Virus record (IMG/VR): IMGVR_UViG_3300020029_000011
Coordinates: 1 to 6,071 of that record
Source: a virus
Length of the DNA stretch: 6,071 nt
Reading direction: 5' to 3' (one strand)
Positions 1 to 5,801 of this stretch are shown here, piece after piece; within the stretch, counting starts at the first letter, position 1; each line of letters begins with the position of its first letter. Position numbers and translations under genes: made by a program. The notes beneath the pieces were generated by a model. That model ran no database searches. It was not told the DNA's origin and worked only from the letters and a program-made list of their open reading frames with translations.

Positions 1-121
1 CTGCTTGCGTGAGCACATCCAATATTGTTATCGTAGGCCTTGTCTCGGCCCCGAGTCCCTCATCTCCTCCGCTTTTCTGTTCACTTCAACTCCGGAGGGT
101 TATGAATTTTGGATTAAGCAC
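1..121. repeat. Terminal direct repeat, copy 1. It is identical to 5951..6071, the overlap expected when a circular genome is linearised.
   Basis: Base-by-base comparison shows ctgcttgcgtgagcacatcc...ggattaagcac identical at 1..121 and 5951..6071. The period is 5950 nt. Confidence 0.95.
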
Positions 122-157
122 TCCGACGCTTGGAAGCGTTTTTACAATAGACTCTAA
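2..157 (+). CDS. 3' part of the same junction-spanning ORF. Codons 51 to 90 are duplicated by the repeat, followed by the unique last 11 codons SDAWKRFYNRL and the stop.
   Basis: The frame beginning at position 2 (TGC TTG CGT...) is continuous with the 5802 frame. The stop TAA is at 155..157. Confidence 0.6.
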   Translation, partial: CLREHIQYCYRRPCLGPESLISSAFLFTSTPEGYEFWIKHSDAWKRFYNRL

Positions 158-180
158 ATGAAACATTAAATTATATCATT

Positions 181-504
181 ATGACACAAGTCCATATCGT
201 TGTCCGCCGTATTAATCCGGCTCTTAATGTCGATTTTGTCCAGGTAGGTTGTATTAAAGATGATCAGTTTTCGACATTACCTCTTGATGCTCTTGACCAT
301 ACCCCTGTTTCTGATTTTGTAGAGCATTCTAGCATCTCGGCTTCGCCCTATATCAATCATCGTCAGATTCCTAGCCTTGTAGAGGCTCTGGTTGCGTATC
401 CTGATTTTTCGATTGATTTCTTCGATAATACGCTCGTTCTCATGTTTAGCACTGACCTGACTCACAATGAAAGCACGTCGAAAGAAGAAGGGAAAGGGCA
501 CTAA
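181..504 (+). CDS. Hypothetical protein, 107 aa, with an acidic C-terminal half.
   Basis: This is an ATG-started ORF on the coding strand. Its third codon positions are strongly T-biased, as in the capsid and Rep genes. A hairpin plus T-tract follows it. I recognise no motif. Confidence 0.55.
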   Translation: MTQVHIVVRRINPALNVDFVQVGCIKDDQFSTLPLDALDHTPVSDFVEHSSISASPYINHRQIPSLVEALVAYPDFSIDFFDNTLVLMFSTDLTHNESTSKEEGKGH

Positions 505-550
505 AGTAGTGACCCGCCCGCTTGGTGGAAGAGTTCTTTAACTCGTTGAG

Positions 551-590
551 CCCCAGGAGATTTTGTCTCTCCTGTGGGTTCTTTTTATTT
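551..590 (+). terminator. Intrinsic-terminator-like hairpin followed by a T-tract.
   Basis: CCCCAGGAGA (551..560) pairs with CTCTCCTGTGGG (567..578), giving a 7-bp stem plus 3 more bp across a 1-nt bulge, with a 7-nt loop. TTCTTTTTATTT (579..590) follows immediately. The element lies 47 nt after the stop of ORF 181..504. Confidence 0.55.
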
Positions 591-623
591 ACTTGCTTAC
601 TGGTATATTCTAATTTTTAAATT

Positions 624-824
624 ATGGATCACTTTGATTTCAGACCCAGGTATTCTCCTGTTATTAATAGTGCACCTCATCGTTATTCTGTTGGCGCTTA
701 TCGAGGTAAAAAGCGAGTCGTTGTCGCTTGGTTTGTCGACGAAATTCCTGCGAATGATTATCTTGTTCGCTGTCGCCGTACTAATCCTTATGTTAAGTTT
801 GATTGTCTTAAGAGCCTCTTCTAA
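624..824 (+). CDS. Small basic hypothetical protein, 66 aa, translationally coupled to the replication initiator.
   Basis: Third positions are very T-rich, matching the core genes. The overlapping 574..891 frame instead has T at second positions. Its stop TAA (822..824) overlaps the VP4 ATG (824..826) as TAATG. The protein is rich in Arg and Lys. The function is unknown and a DNA-binding role is only a guess. Confidence 0.55.
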   Translation: MDHFDFRPRYSPVINSAPHRYSVGAYRGKKRVVVAWFVDEIPANDYLVRCRRTNPYVKFDCLKSLF

Positions 825-1894
825 TGGCTTGCTCATCTCCCATATGGATACGAAATCGTCGTTATTTCGACAAGAAGAATCCTTGTCGTAATGGCTCTGA
901 TGTCGCAAAGTCTGCCTTAGCGCTTCGACCTTGGGATGTCTCCCGCCAGTGGCTTATGGTTCCTTGTGGTAAATGCGAGGATTGTCTTCGACGTCTTCGC
1001 AATGACTGGTTCGTGCGCATCGAGCGTGAATTAGCCCGTTGCAAGGCCGAATCACAGCAGGCCATTTTTATTACTATTACCATTAATCCCTCCCACTATG
1101 AACGAGCTCTCGTTGATCCTTCGTCATTCATACGCAAATGGAATGAGCGAATTCGACATCGAATCGGTCATTCCTTTAAGCATTGTTTCTTTCAAGAATT
1201 TGGCACTCATCCGGAAATTGGCTCCGAACCACGTCTTCATTTCCATGGATTCCTCTTTGGTACAAACGTCTTGTACAATGAAATTAGGTCGGCAGTGTCT
1301 GACCTTGGATACGTTTGGCTCTCAAAAGCTACGCTTAAGCGTGCGCGATACTGTGTCAAATACGTTGTTAAACAAATTGGTTTTGACGCTGACGCCGTCA
1401 AAGACCGTTATATTACTGTAGATGGAAAACTTCAATCGTTATCTTCCCTTCTTGAGCACAAACGGTATACCCGGAAATTTGTCAGTGCTGGAGTTGGTGA
1501 CTTTCTTGGCTATATGCCTCGCCCTTCTGCTCGTACTTCGTCGTGGTCTTATTTTGACCCTAAGAAGGGGATCAATTATAATTACTCGATCCCTCGATAT
1601 TATCTTAGATATCTTAAACCGGAAGACGAAGTCATGCGTTCGATTGCTGCTGCTGACGCTTATGCACATTTTAGCAAGTCTTCTTTGGTTAAGCGTATTG
1701 TGTCTCTGTGTGTTGAGCGGTTCGGTCTCAATTCCGCCGTATCCCGTAGAGCGTCGTACGTGTGGGAACAAAAGCAAATAATGCGTTTTTCTGCGTCTTC
1801 GCGGATGATGCCCGATTTCGACCCGCCTACTTGGCTAGATTCGGATATTCTTCAGTTTTGGAGAGATCACTATAAACTTCAACTTCTTATTTAA
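824..1894 (+). CDS. VP4: Microviridae replication initiation protein (VP4 / gene A-like HUH rolling-circle endonuclease), 356 aa.
   Basis: The N-terminus MACSSPIWIRN is typical of this family. The motifs are CGKCEDC (965..985), FITITINP (motif I, about 1067..1090), the HUH motif HFHGFLF (1238..1258) and the double-Tyr motif YCVKYVVK (1349..1372), comparable to YVAKYVNK in phiX174 protein A. Confidence 0.93.
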   Translation: MACSSPIWIRNRRYFDKKNPCRNGSDVAKSALALRPWDVSRQWLMVPCGKCEDCLRRLRNDWFVRIERELARCKAESQQAIFITITINPSHYERALVDPSSFIRKWNERIRHRIGHSFKHCFFQEFGTHPEIGSEPRLHFHGFLFGTNVLYNEIRSAVSDLGYVWLSKATLKRARYCVKYVVKQIGFDADAVKDRYITVDGKLQSLSSLLEHKRYTRKFVSAGVGDFLGYMPRPSARTSSWSYFDPKKGINYNYSIPRYYLRYLKPEDEVMRSIAAADAYAHFSKSSLVKRIVSLCVERFGLNSAVSRRASYVWEQKQIMRFSASSRMMPDFDPPTWLDSDILQFWRDHYKLQLLI

Positions 1895-1897
1895 TTT

Positions 1898-3721
1898 ATG
1901 GGAAAACAACCTTTTATTTCACACTCCGTAAATGGTTACTCTCGCTATGATGTTCCTGAGAGTAAAGCTTTTACGTGTACGCCGGGTATTTTATATCCGG
2001 TGCGGATTGATTTTATTAATGCCCGCGATCGTATTTCTATCGAGCAGGGCATCGACGTTCGAAGTAACCCTCTCGCCGTCCCAACGTTCAATCCTTATAC
2101 TATTCGGCTTCACCGCTTTTGGGTGCCTCTTCAGTTGTATCATCCTGAGCTGAGAACGAATAGCAGCAAGTTCGATATGAATGACCTCACTCTGAATTGG
2201 ATTAACGCAGTTCCAGGTATACCCTCGTCTGGTGCGACGCCTTCGGTTACTGCGACTTTTTCTAATTCGCTTATGTATTGGCTGCGCGTGTCTAACCGTT
2301 CTGTTGATTTCACTACACCCGCTTCAACCTCCGGTATTGTACTCCCCTCGAATGTTGTTGGGGGCGTTTGGGCTAATGCTGATACGTATCTCGCTTATTG
2401 GGACATTGTTCGAAATTATTACGGTTATTCGCAGTGGGGACTCTACTCCTTTGCTTGGCCCGCTTCTTGGTATTACACTGTAACGGGCCATTCTACCGCT
2501 ACCAACGGTACCTACGGATTCAATTCGAATGCCTCGGATGCGTTTTTCACCCAACGCTATGGTAATCTTGAATTCCTTGATGCTTATTTTGAGAGTCAGT
2601 TTTACCCTGCAGCTGTATCATCTTCTAATAATACTTATTGTCGTTCTGCTCTTCTTCGGCAGATTATCGCTTCTGATATTGCATCTACCGGTTCTGCCGC
2701 TGGCGCCGCCGGTGACGGCTATCCGGTTGCGGCTCAACCGACCGCGCTTCAGATTTGGGGCGCCACGGCTCCTCTCGATCAATTTAGTTCGCGTGACGAT
2801 ACAAAAGGCCTTGCTGAGCCTATTATTTTCAACCTTGCTCATCCTATGGCCGTTATCCCGTCTAATCCTGACCGATTTAGTCGTCTCCTCCCTATTGGTA
2901 GTAGTTCCGCCGTTTCAATGACTGGCGTTCAAACCATTCCTCAGCTGGCTATCGCTTCTCGTCTTCAGGAATACAAAGATCTCCTCGGCGCTGGAGGTAG
3001 CCGTTATAGCGATTGGTTGGAAACGTTTTTTGCTTCGAAGATTGAGCATGTTGATCGGCCTAAACTTCTTTTTAGTGCTTCGCAGATGATCAATGTTCAG
3101 GTTGTTATGAATCAGGCTGGATTTAACAACTTTGGCGGTAATCCTTCGGCTGGTCCTCTTGGTCAACAGGGCGGCGCTATCGCTTTTAACGATCGCCTTG
3201 GTCGTCGCCAGTCTTATTATTTCCGCGAACCCGGCTATATGATTGACATGCTAAGTATCCGACCTGTTTATTACTGGTCGCAGATCAAACCCGACTATTT
3301 GAATTATCGAGGCTCTGATTATTTCAACCCAATCTATAATGATATAGGATATCAGAGCGTACCTAATTGGCGCTTCGGTAATCTTGTTGGTGGCGTCGTT
3401 GAAAGTACCTTTTCGCAGGAACCTTGCTTTAACGAGTTTCGAGCCTCTTATGATGAAGTTCTAGGTCAAATCTCTAGCACCGCCGGAGACGTTAGCGGCC
3501 GTTCTCTTTATGCTTATTGGGTGCAGCAGCGTCAGGTAAACTGGAGTTCTTATTGGCCTTCAAAGGCTGATTATGCGCCGGCCCTTTTTGTTGATCTATC
3601 GCAGGTTAATTCTCCGTTCCTTTCTGATGTGGAAGATAATTTCTTCGTGAATATGTCTTATGCTGTTCAGAAGAAGAACCTCCTTAACAAGACCTTTGCA
3701 ACTCGTTTGTCTAACCGCTAA
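1898..3721 (+). CDS. VP1: Microviridae major capsid protein (VP1 / gene F-like), 607 aa.
   Basis: It is the largest ORF in the genome. The conserved-looking blocks are TPGILYPVRIDFINARDRISI, NPYTIRLHRFWVPLQLY and IPQLAIASRLQEYKDLLGAGGSRYSDWLETFF (GGSRY at 2993..3007). They resemble the characteristic gokushovirus/alpavirus VP1 blocks. It starts 3 nt after the VP4 stop. Confidence 0.95.
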   Translation: MGKQPFISHSVNGYSRYDVPESKAFTCTPGILYPVRIDFINARDRISIEQGIDVRSNPLAVPTFNPYTIRLHRFWVPLQLYHPELRTNSSKFDMNDLTLNWINAVPGIPSSGATPSVTATFSNSLMYWLRVSNRSVDFTTPASTSGIVLPSNVVGGVWANADTYLAYWDIVRNYYGYSQWGLYSFAWPASWYYTVTGHSTATNGTYGFNSNASDAFFTQRYGNLEFLDAYFESQFYPAAVSSSNNTYCRSALLRQIIASDIASTGSAAGAAGDGYPVAAQPTALQIWGATAPLDQFSSRDDTKGLAEPIIFNLAHPMAVIPSNPDRFSRLLPIGSSSAVSMTGVQTIPQLAIASRLQEYKDLLGAGGSRYSDWLETFFASKIEHVDRPKLLFSASQMINVQVVMNQAGFNNFGGNPSAGPLGQQGGAIAFNDRLGRRQSYYFREPGYMIDMLSIRPVYYWSQIKPDYLNYRGSDYFNPIYNDIGYQSVPNWRFGNLVGGVVESTFSQEPCFNEFRASYDEVLGQISSTAGDVSGRSLYAYWVQQRQVNWSSYWPSKADYAPALFVDLSQVNSPFLSDVEDNFFVNMSYAVQKKNLLNKTFATRLSNR

Positions 3722-3732
3722 TATTATATCTT

Positions 3733-4029
3733 ATGGCACTTGATTGGATGATTGAAGATCGCGAAGAATACGTTTCTCGTGGTCAACGCATTCTTTCCGT
3801 TCTCGATGGCTCCGGCTCCGTCGACGTTCTTCCTGGCCGTCCAGATGTGGTGGCCGAGCCCTCTGATTTCGACAAGGGTGAAAAGTTTAACCCTGATATC
3901 GATTTCGATCCTAACTCTTTTTCTCGTATGGATAAGTTTGACGGCCTAGAGGTCGGTCAGGAACTTATTGACTCTCAGCTTGATAAGTCTAAGCCCACCT
4001 CGAAATCCTCTGACCCTGAAGAAAAATAG
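3733..4029 (+). CDS. Small, highly acidic hypothetical protein, 98 aa. It may be an internal scaffolding-type protein.
   Basis: This is an ATG-started ORF 11 nt after the VP1 stop on the coding strand. It is very rich in Asp and Glu, with a Ser/Lys-rich tail. The scaffold idea rests on position and charge only, with no motif-level support. Confidence 0.5.
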   Translation: MALDWMIEDREEYVSRGQRILSVLDGSGSVDVLPGRPDVVAEPSDFDKGEKFNPDIDFDPNSFSRMDKFDGLEVGQELIDSQLDKSKPTSKSSDPEEK

Positions 4030-4060
4030 TACTATCTTCACTTGACGATATATGTTACGT

Positions 4061-4131
4061 GCGCGGACCCCTTTGGCGAGAGTTCGTGAATTGCTGAAGG
4101 TTATTGGTAACGACTGCCGGAGAGGCCGCGC
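4061..4131 (+). other. Long imperfect GC-rich stem-loop followed by a T-rich tract. It could be a transcription terminator or attenuator, or an ssDNA structural element such as a complementary-strand origin.
   Basis: GCGCGG-a-CCCCTTTGGC (4061..4077) pairs with GCCGGAGAGGCCGCGC (4116..4131). That gives 6 perfect GC pairs, a 1-nt bulge, then 10 positions with one mismatch and two G:T wobbles. The inner extension AGTtCG (4081..4086) pairs with CGACT (4111..4115). ATTTTTCTATCGTTCTTTAAATTTTG lies downstream. Confidence 0.5.
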
Positions 4132-4162
4132 ATTTTTCTATCGTTCTTTAAATTTTGTTGTC

Positions 4163-4354
4163 ATGTCTGAAACTAAACTACCTTTCTACAAGTCAAAGGC
4201 TTTTTGGACGCTCGTTACCTCCATTATCGCCGCTCTATCGGCTTTTTTCCTTGCTTCGTGTTCCGCACAGGCAAAGGTTGCTCGAACGGGTATTCACATT
4301 GATACTGTTCGCGTAGACTACATTATTCGTTCGAACAATTTTTCGCTTCCGTAA
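4163..4354 (+). CDS. Predicted small lipoprotein. The precursor is 63 aa and the mature lipopeptide about 31 aa. An alternative upstream start exists at 4052.
   Basis: The sequence MSETKLPFYKSKAFWTLVTSIIAALSAFFLASC-SAQ... has a Lys-containing n-region, a hydrophobic h-region and the lipobox L-A-S-C, with Cys33 at 4259..4261. Its stop (4352..4354) lies 1 nt before the VP2 ATG. Starting at 4052 would add 37 basic residues ahead of the signal peptide and would run through the 4061..4131 stem-loop. Confidence 0.6.
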   Translation: MSETKLPFYKSKAFWTLVTSIIAALSAFFLASCSAQAKVARTGIHIDTVRVDYIIRSNNFSLP

Positions 4355-4355
4355 T

Positions 4356-5729
4356 ATGAGACTCATTGATTTTAAGTCTTACGTCGAGCCTGTTTCCACA
4401 GGTGCTATACTCGGCGCCGCAGGCATTGCCGCTGGCGGCCAGGTTGCTTCTGGGCTTTTCAAACCATCCCTTAAGAGGCAATGGAAGTACCAACAAAAAC
4501 AGATGAAGCTTCAGCAGCAGTATGCTCTTGAACAGATGCAGAAACAGGGCGAGATCAATTACGCTAATTGGCAAAAACAATTTGATTACGAAAACGCCTA
4601 TAATGATCCCTCTAAGGTTTTCGATCGCTATCTTAAGGCCGGCGTTACGCCCGCCGCTGTTCTTGGCTCTTCAGGCGTTGGCATTAACGCTACTATGTCC
4701 GGCGGCTCTGCTGGTTCTGTAGGCGCTGCTGGTCCTTCGGGTGGCTCGTTCGACTTTTCCAGCCCTCTACCCCCTGGTGTTGGTTCTGCCGCCGCTGGTA
4801 CTGCGCTTGACGCTATGGGTATCAACTCGTCTATTGAACGTAACAAAGCTGCTGCTAATCGTGATGACGCCGAGGCTGAAAATATCCGTAGTAATACCTT
4901 TGAACCTGAGTTTAATAAGGCTCGTGCTGAAGCCTCTAAGGCTGTTGATGAAGCGTTGGCTAATAAGGAAATCGAAGCTGCTGCAGCTCTTAAGTCTGAG
5001 CGCCTTCTAAACGATCTTAACAATACTCTGCTCTCTCTTACACTAGATGCTCACGTTGAAGAAGCTAAGGCGCTCGCTGATACAGCCAAAGAGGAATTAA
5101 GACAGCTTCGTATTCAGGGTACTTACGTTGATCGTATGGTTAAAGCTCGAGTTTTAGTTATTGAAACGCAGGGTGCTCTTAACAAAGCTCTTTCCGGTCT
5201 TGCTTCCGCCAATGAGGAAGGACAGCGCATTAACAATCTCGATCTTGCTAACGAACTTTCGCGTAATTGGGATAAGCGTTTTGACGTTGAAATCCCGAAT
5301 CCTCAGTACGAAAAGAATCTTCGCAGCTCTAATCCTATAAATCGTGCTAATCCTGGTCCCCGCTCTTTCAAAGTTTCTATGTCTCTTAAGGACTTTTACG
5401 ACAAGACTGAGATTAACCAATCTAAAGCCTCAGAATTTCTTCCCGAAGAAGCTCGTATTGCCCTTCGCAATGCTAGGCTCGATCCGTATCTCGAAATCGG
5501 TAGAGCTCTTATTGGCGTTGCTGGCAGTGTTGCAGGCGCTGGTATTATTCGTGGCGGAATGGCCCGCGCTGCTGGCACTATCTCCGCTGGTGGTTCTTCG
5601 AGTAGCTCTGCAGGCTCTTCTTTGACAACTCGTTATGATTCGCGTGGCAACGTTGTTGGTTATGCGAAAACAGAAATGAATCGCAGTGGCCACTCGAGTT
5701 CGTACAATAACACTCGTAGATCTCGTTAA
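4356..5729 (+). CDS. VP2: Minor capsid / DNA pilot protein (VP2 / gene H-like), 457 aa.
   Basis: It is the second-largest structural-size ORF. The N-terminal segment is hydrophobic and Gly/Ala-rich (GAILGAAGIAAGGQVASGLF), and a Gly/Ser/Ala low-complexity region follows. The centre is a long Ala/Glu/Lys-rich predicted coiled coil (about 4850..5120), and the C-terminus is Gly/Ser-rich. This architecture and position are typical of microviral VP2/H. The family is poorly conserved, so the call rests on architecture. Confidence 0.65.
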   Translation: MRLIDFKSYVEPVSTGAILGAAGIAAGGQVASGLFKPSLKRQWKYQQKQMKLQQQYALEQMQKQGEINYANWQKQFDYENAYNDPSKVFDRYLKAGVTPAAVLGSSGVGINATMSGGSAGSVGAAGPSGGSFDFSSPLPPGVGSAAAGTALDAMGINSSIERNKAAANRDDAEAENIRSNTFEPEFNKARAEASKAVDEALANKEIEAAAALKSERLLNDLNNTLLSLTLDAHVEEAKALADTAKEELRQLRIQGTYVDRMVKARVLVIETQGALNKALSGLASANEEGQRINNLDLANELSRNWDKRFDVEIPNPQYEKNLRSSNPINRANPGPRSFKVSMSLKDFYDKTEINQSKASEFLPEEARIALRNARLDPYLEIGRALIGVAGSVAGAGIIRGGMARAAGTISAGGSSSSSAGSSLTTRYDSRGNVVGYAKTEMNRSGHSSSYNNTRRSR

Positions 5730-5744
5730 AATCGTTGTTTTTTT

Positions 5745-5775
5745 TTTGCATTTTAGATTTTTGTTGCTAAATTTG
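5745..5775 (+). promoter_or_regulatory. Candidate Bacteroidota sigma-A-type promoter (-33 TTTG, -7 TAnnTTTG).
   Basis: TTTG at 5745..5748, a 19-nt spacer, then TAAATTTG at 5768..5775. It lies in the 72-nt intergenic region after VP2, 27 nt upstream of the ATG at 5802. It matches the published Bacteroides consensus TTTG...TAnnTTTG. Confidence 0.45.
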
Positions 5776-5801
5776 CCTCGTAAACCAATAATCTTATCAT
5801 T

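Noticed and set aside
1-121. The terminal repeats read as biological LTR, ITR or attachment-site duplications of an integrated element.
   Set aside because: The repeats are direct, exact, sit at the extreme ends of the window, and are crossed in frame by an ORF. The content between them is one complete microvirus gene set with no integrase or host genes. A circular-assembly overlap is the simplest explanation.
155-190. An A/T-rich segment (taaatgaaacattaaattatatcattatgacac) with partial resemblance to a XerC/D dif site (TTAAAT and TTATG elements). It is relevant because some microviruses lysogenise through dif.
   Set aside because: The arms are in the wrong relative arrangement and the match to the 11-6-11 dif architecture is poor when aligned by eye. 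The resemblance is probably chance in A/T-rich DNA. A scan with the host dif consensus would be needed.
611-618. TAATTTTT upstream of ORF 624..824 as a second Bacteroides -7 promoter element.
   Set aside because: The last base deviates from the consensus (TAnnTTTG). It lies only 5 nt from the ATG and has no clear TTTG at the right upstream distance. That is too weak to call.
574-891. GTG-started hydrophobic 105-aa + strand ORF overlapping ORF 624..824 and the VP4 start. It is tempting as a phiX174 E-like embedded lysis gene.
   Set aside because: The genome is T-rich at third codon positions, so the shifted frame puts T at second positions and yields Leu/Ile/Phe-rich pseudo-membrane proteins. 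The same artefact appears repeatedly inside VP4, VP1, the acidic ORF and VP2 (see the next entry). There is no independent support, and only conservation of the open frame in relatives could rescue it.
4052-4162. The upstream ATG at 4052, which gives the 100-aa version of the lipoprotein ORF.
   Set aside because: It would put 37 strongly basic residues ahead of an otherwise canonical signal peptide. The stretch also forms the long GC-rich stem-loop plus T-tract, which looks non-coding. The longer form cannot be excluded without conservation or ribosome-profiling data.
1098-5625. Off-frame hydrophobic + strand ORFs inside the core genes: 1098..1421, 1422..1781, 1932..2153, 2232..2483, 2529..2921, 3752..3949, 4522..4722, 4741..5010 and 5344..5625.
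   Set aside because: This is the same T-bias frame-shift artefact. They are Leu/Phe/Ile/Arg-rich and low in complexity, with no recognisable motifs, and are fully nested in genes with strong protein-level signatures.
277-5693. All reverse-strand ORFs in the track: 277..501, 597..908, 862..1083, 1439..1777, 2324..2554, 2618..2842, 2915..3166, 4323..4580, 4628..5023, 5154..5420, 5396..5578 and 5430..5693.
   Set aside because: Each lies antisense to a well-supported + strand gene. Microviridae transcribe only one strand. Their compositions (Arg/Ser/Ile-rich, or Ala-rich opposite the Gly/Ala region of VP2) are what antisense reading of the real genes would produce.
5738-5747. A T10 homopolymer just after the VP2 stop, as a possible terminator or slippage site.
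   Set aside because: There is no convincing GC-rich hairpin immediately upstream, only a weak AGATCT palindrome, so an intrinsic terminator is not supported. Its 3' end supplies the TTTG of the candidate promoter. It is intergenic, so slippage would have no coding consequence.
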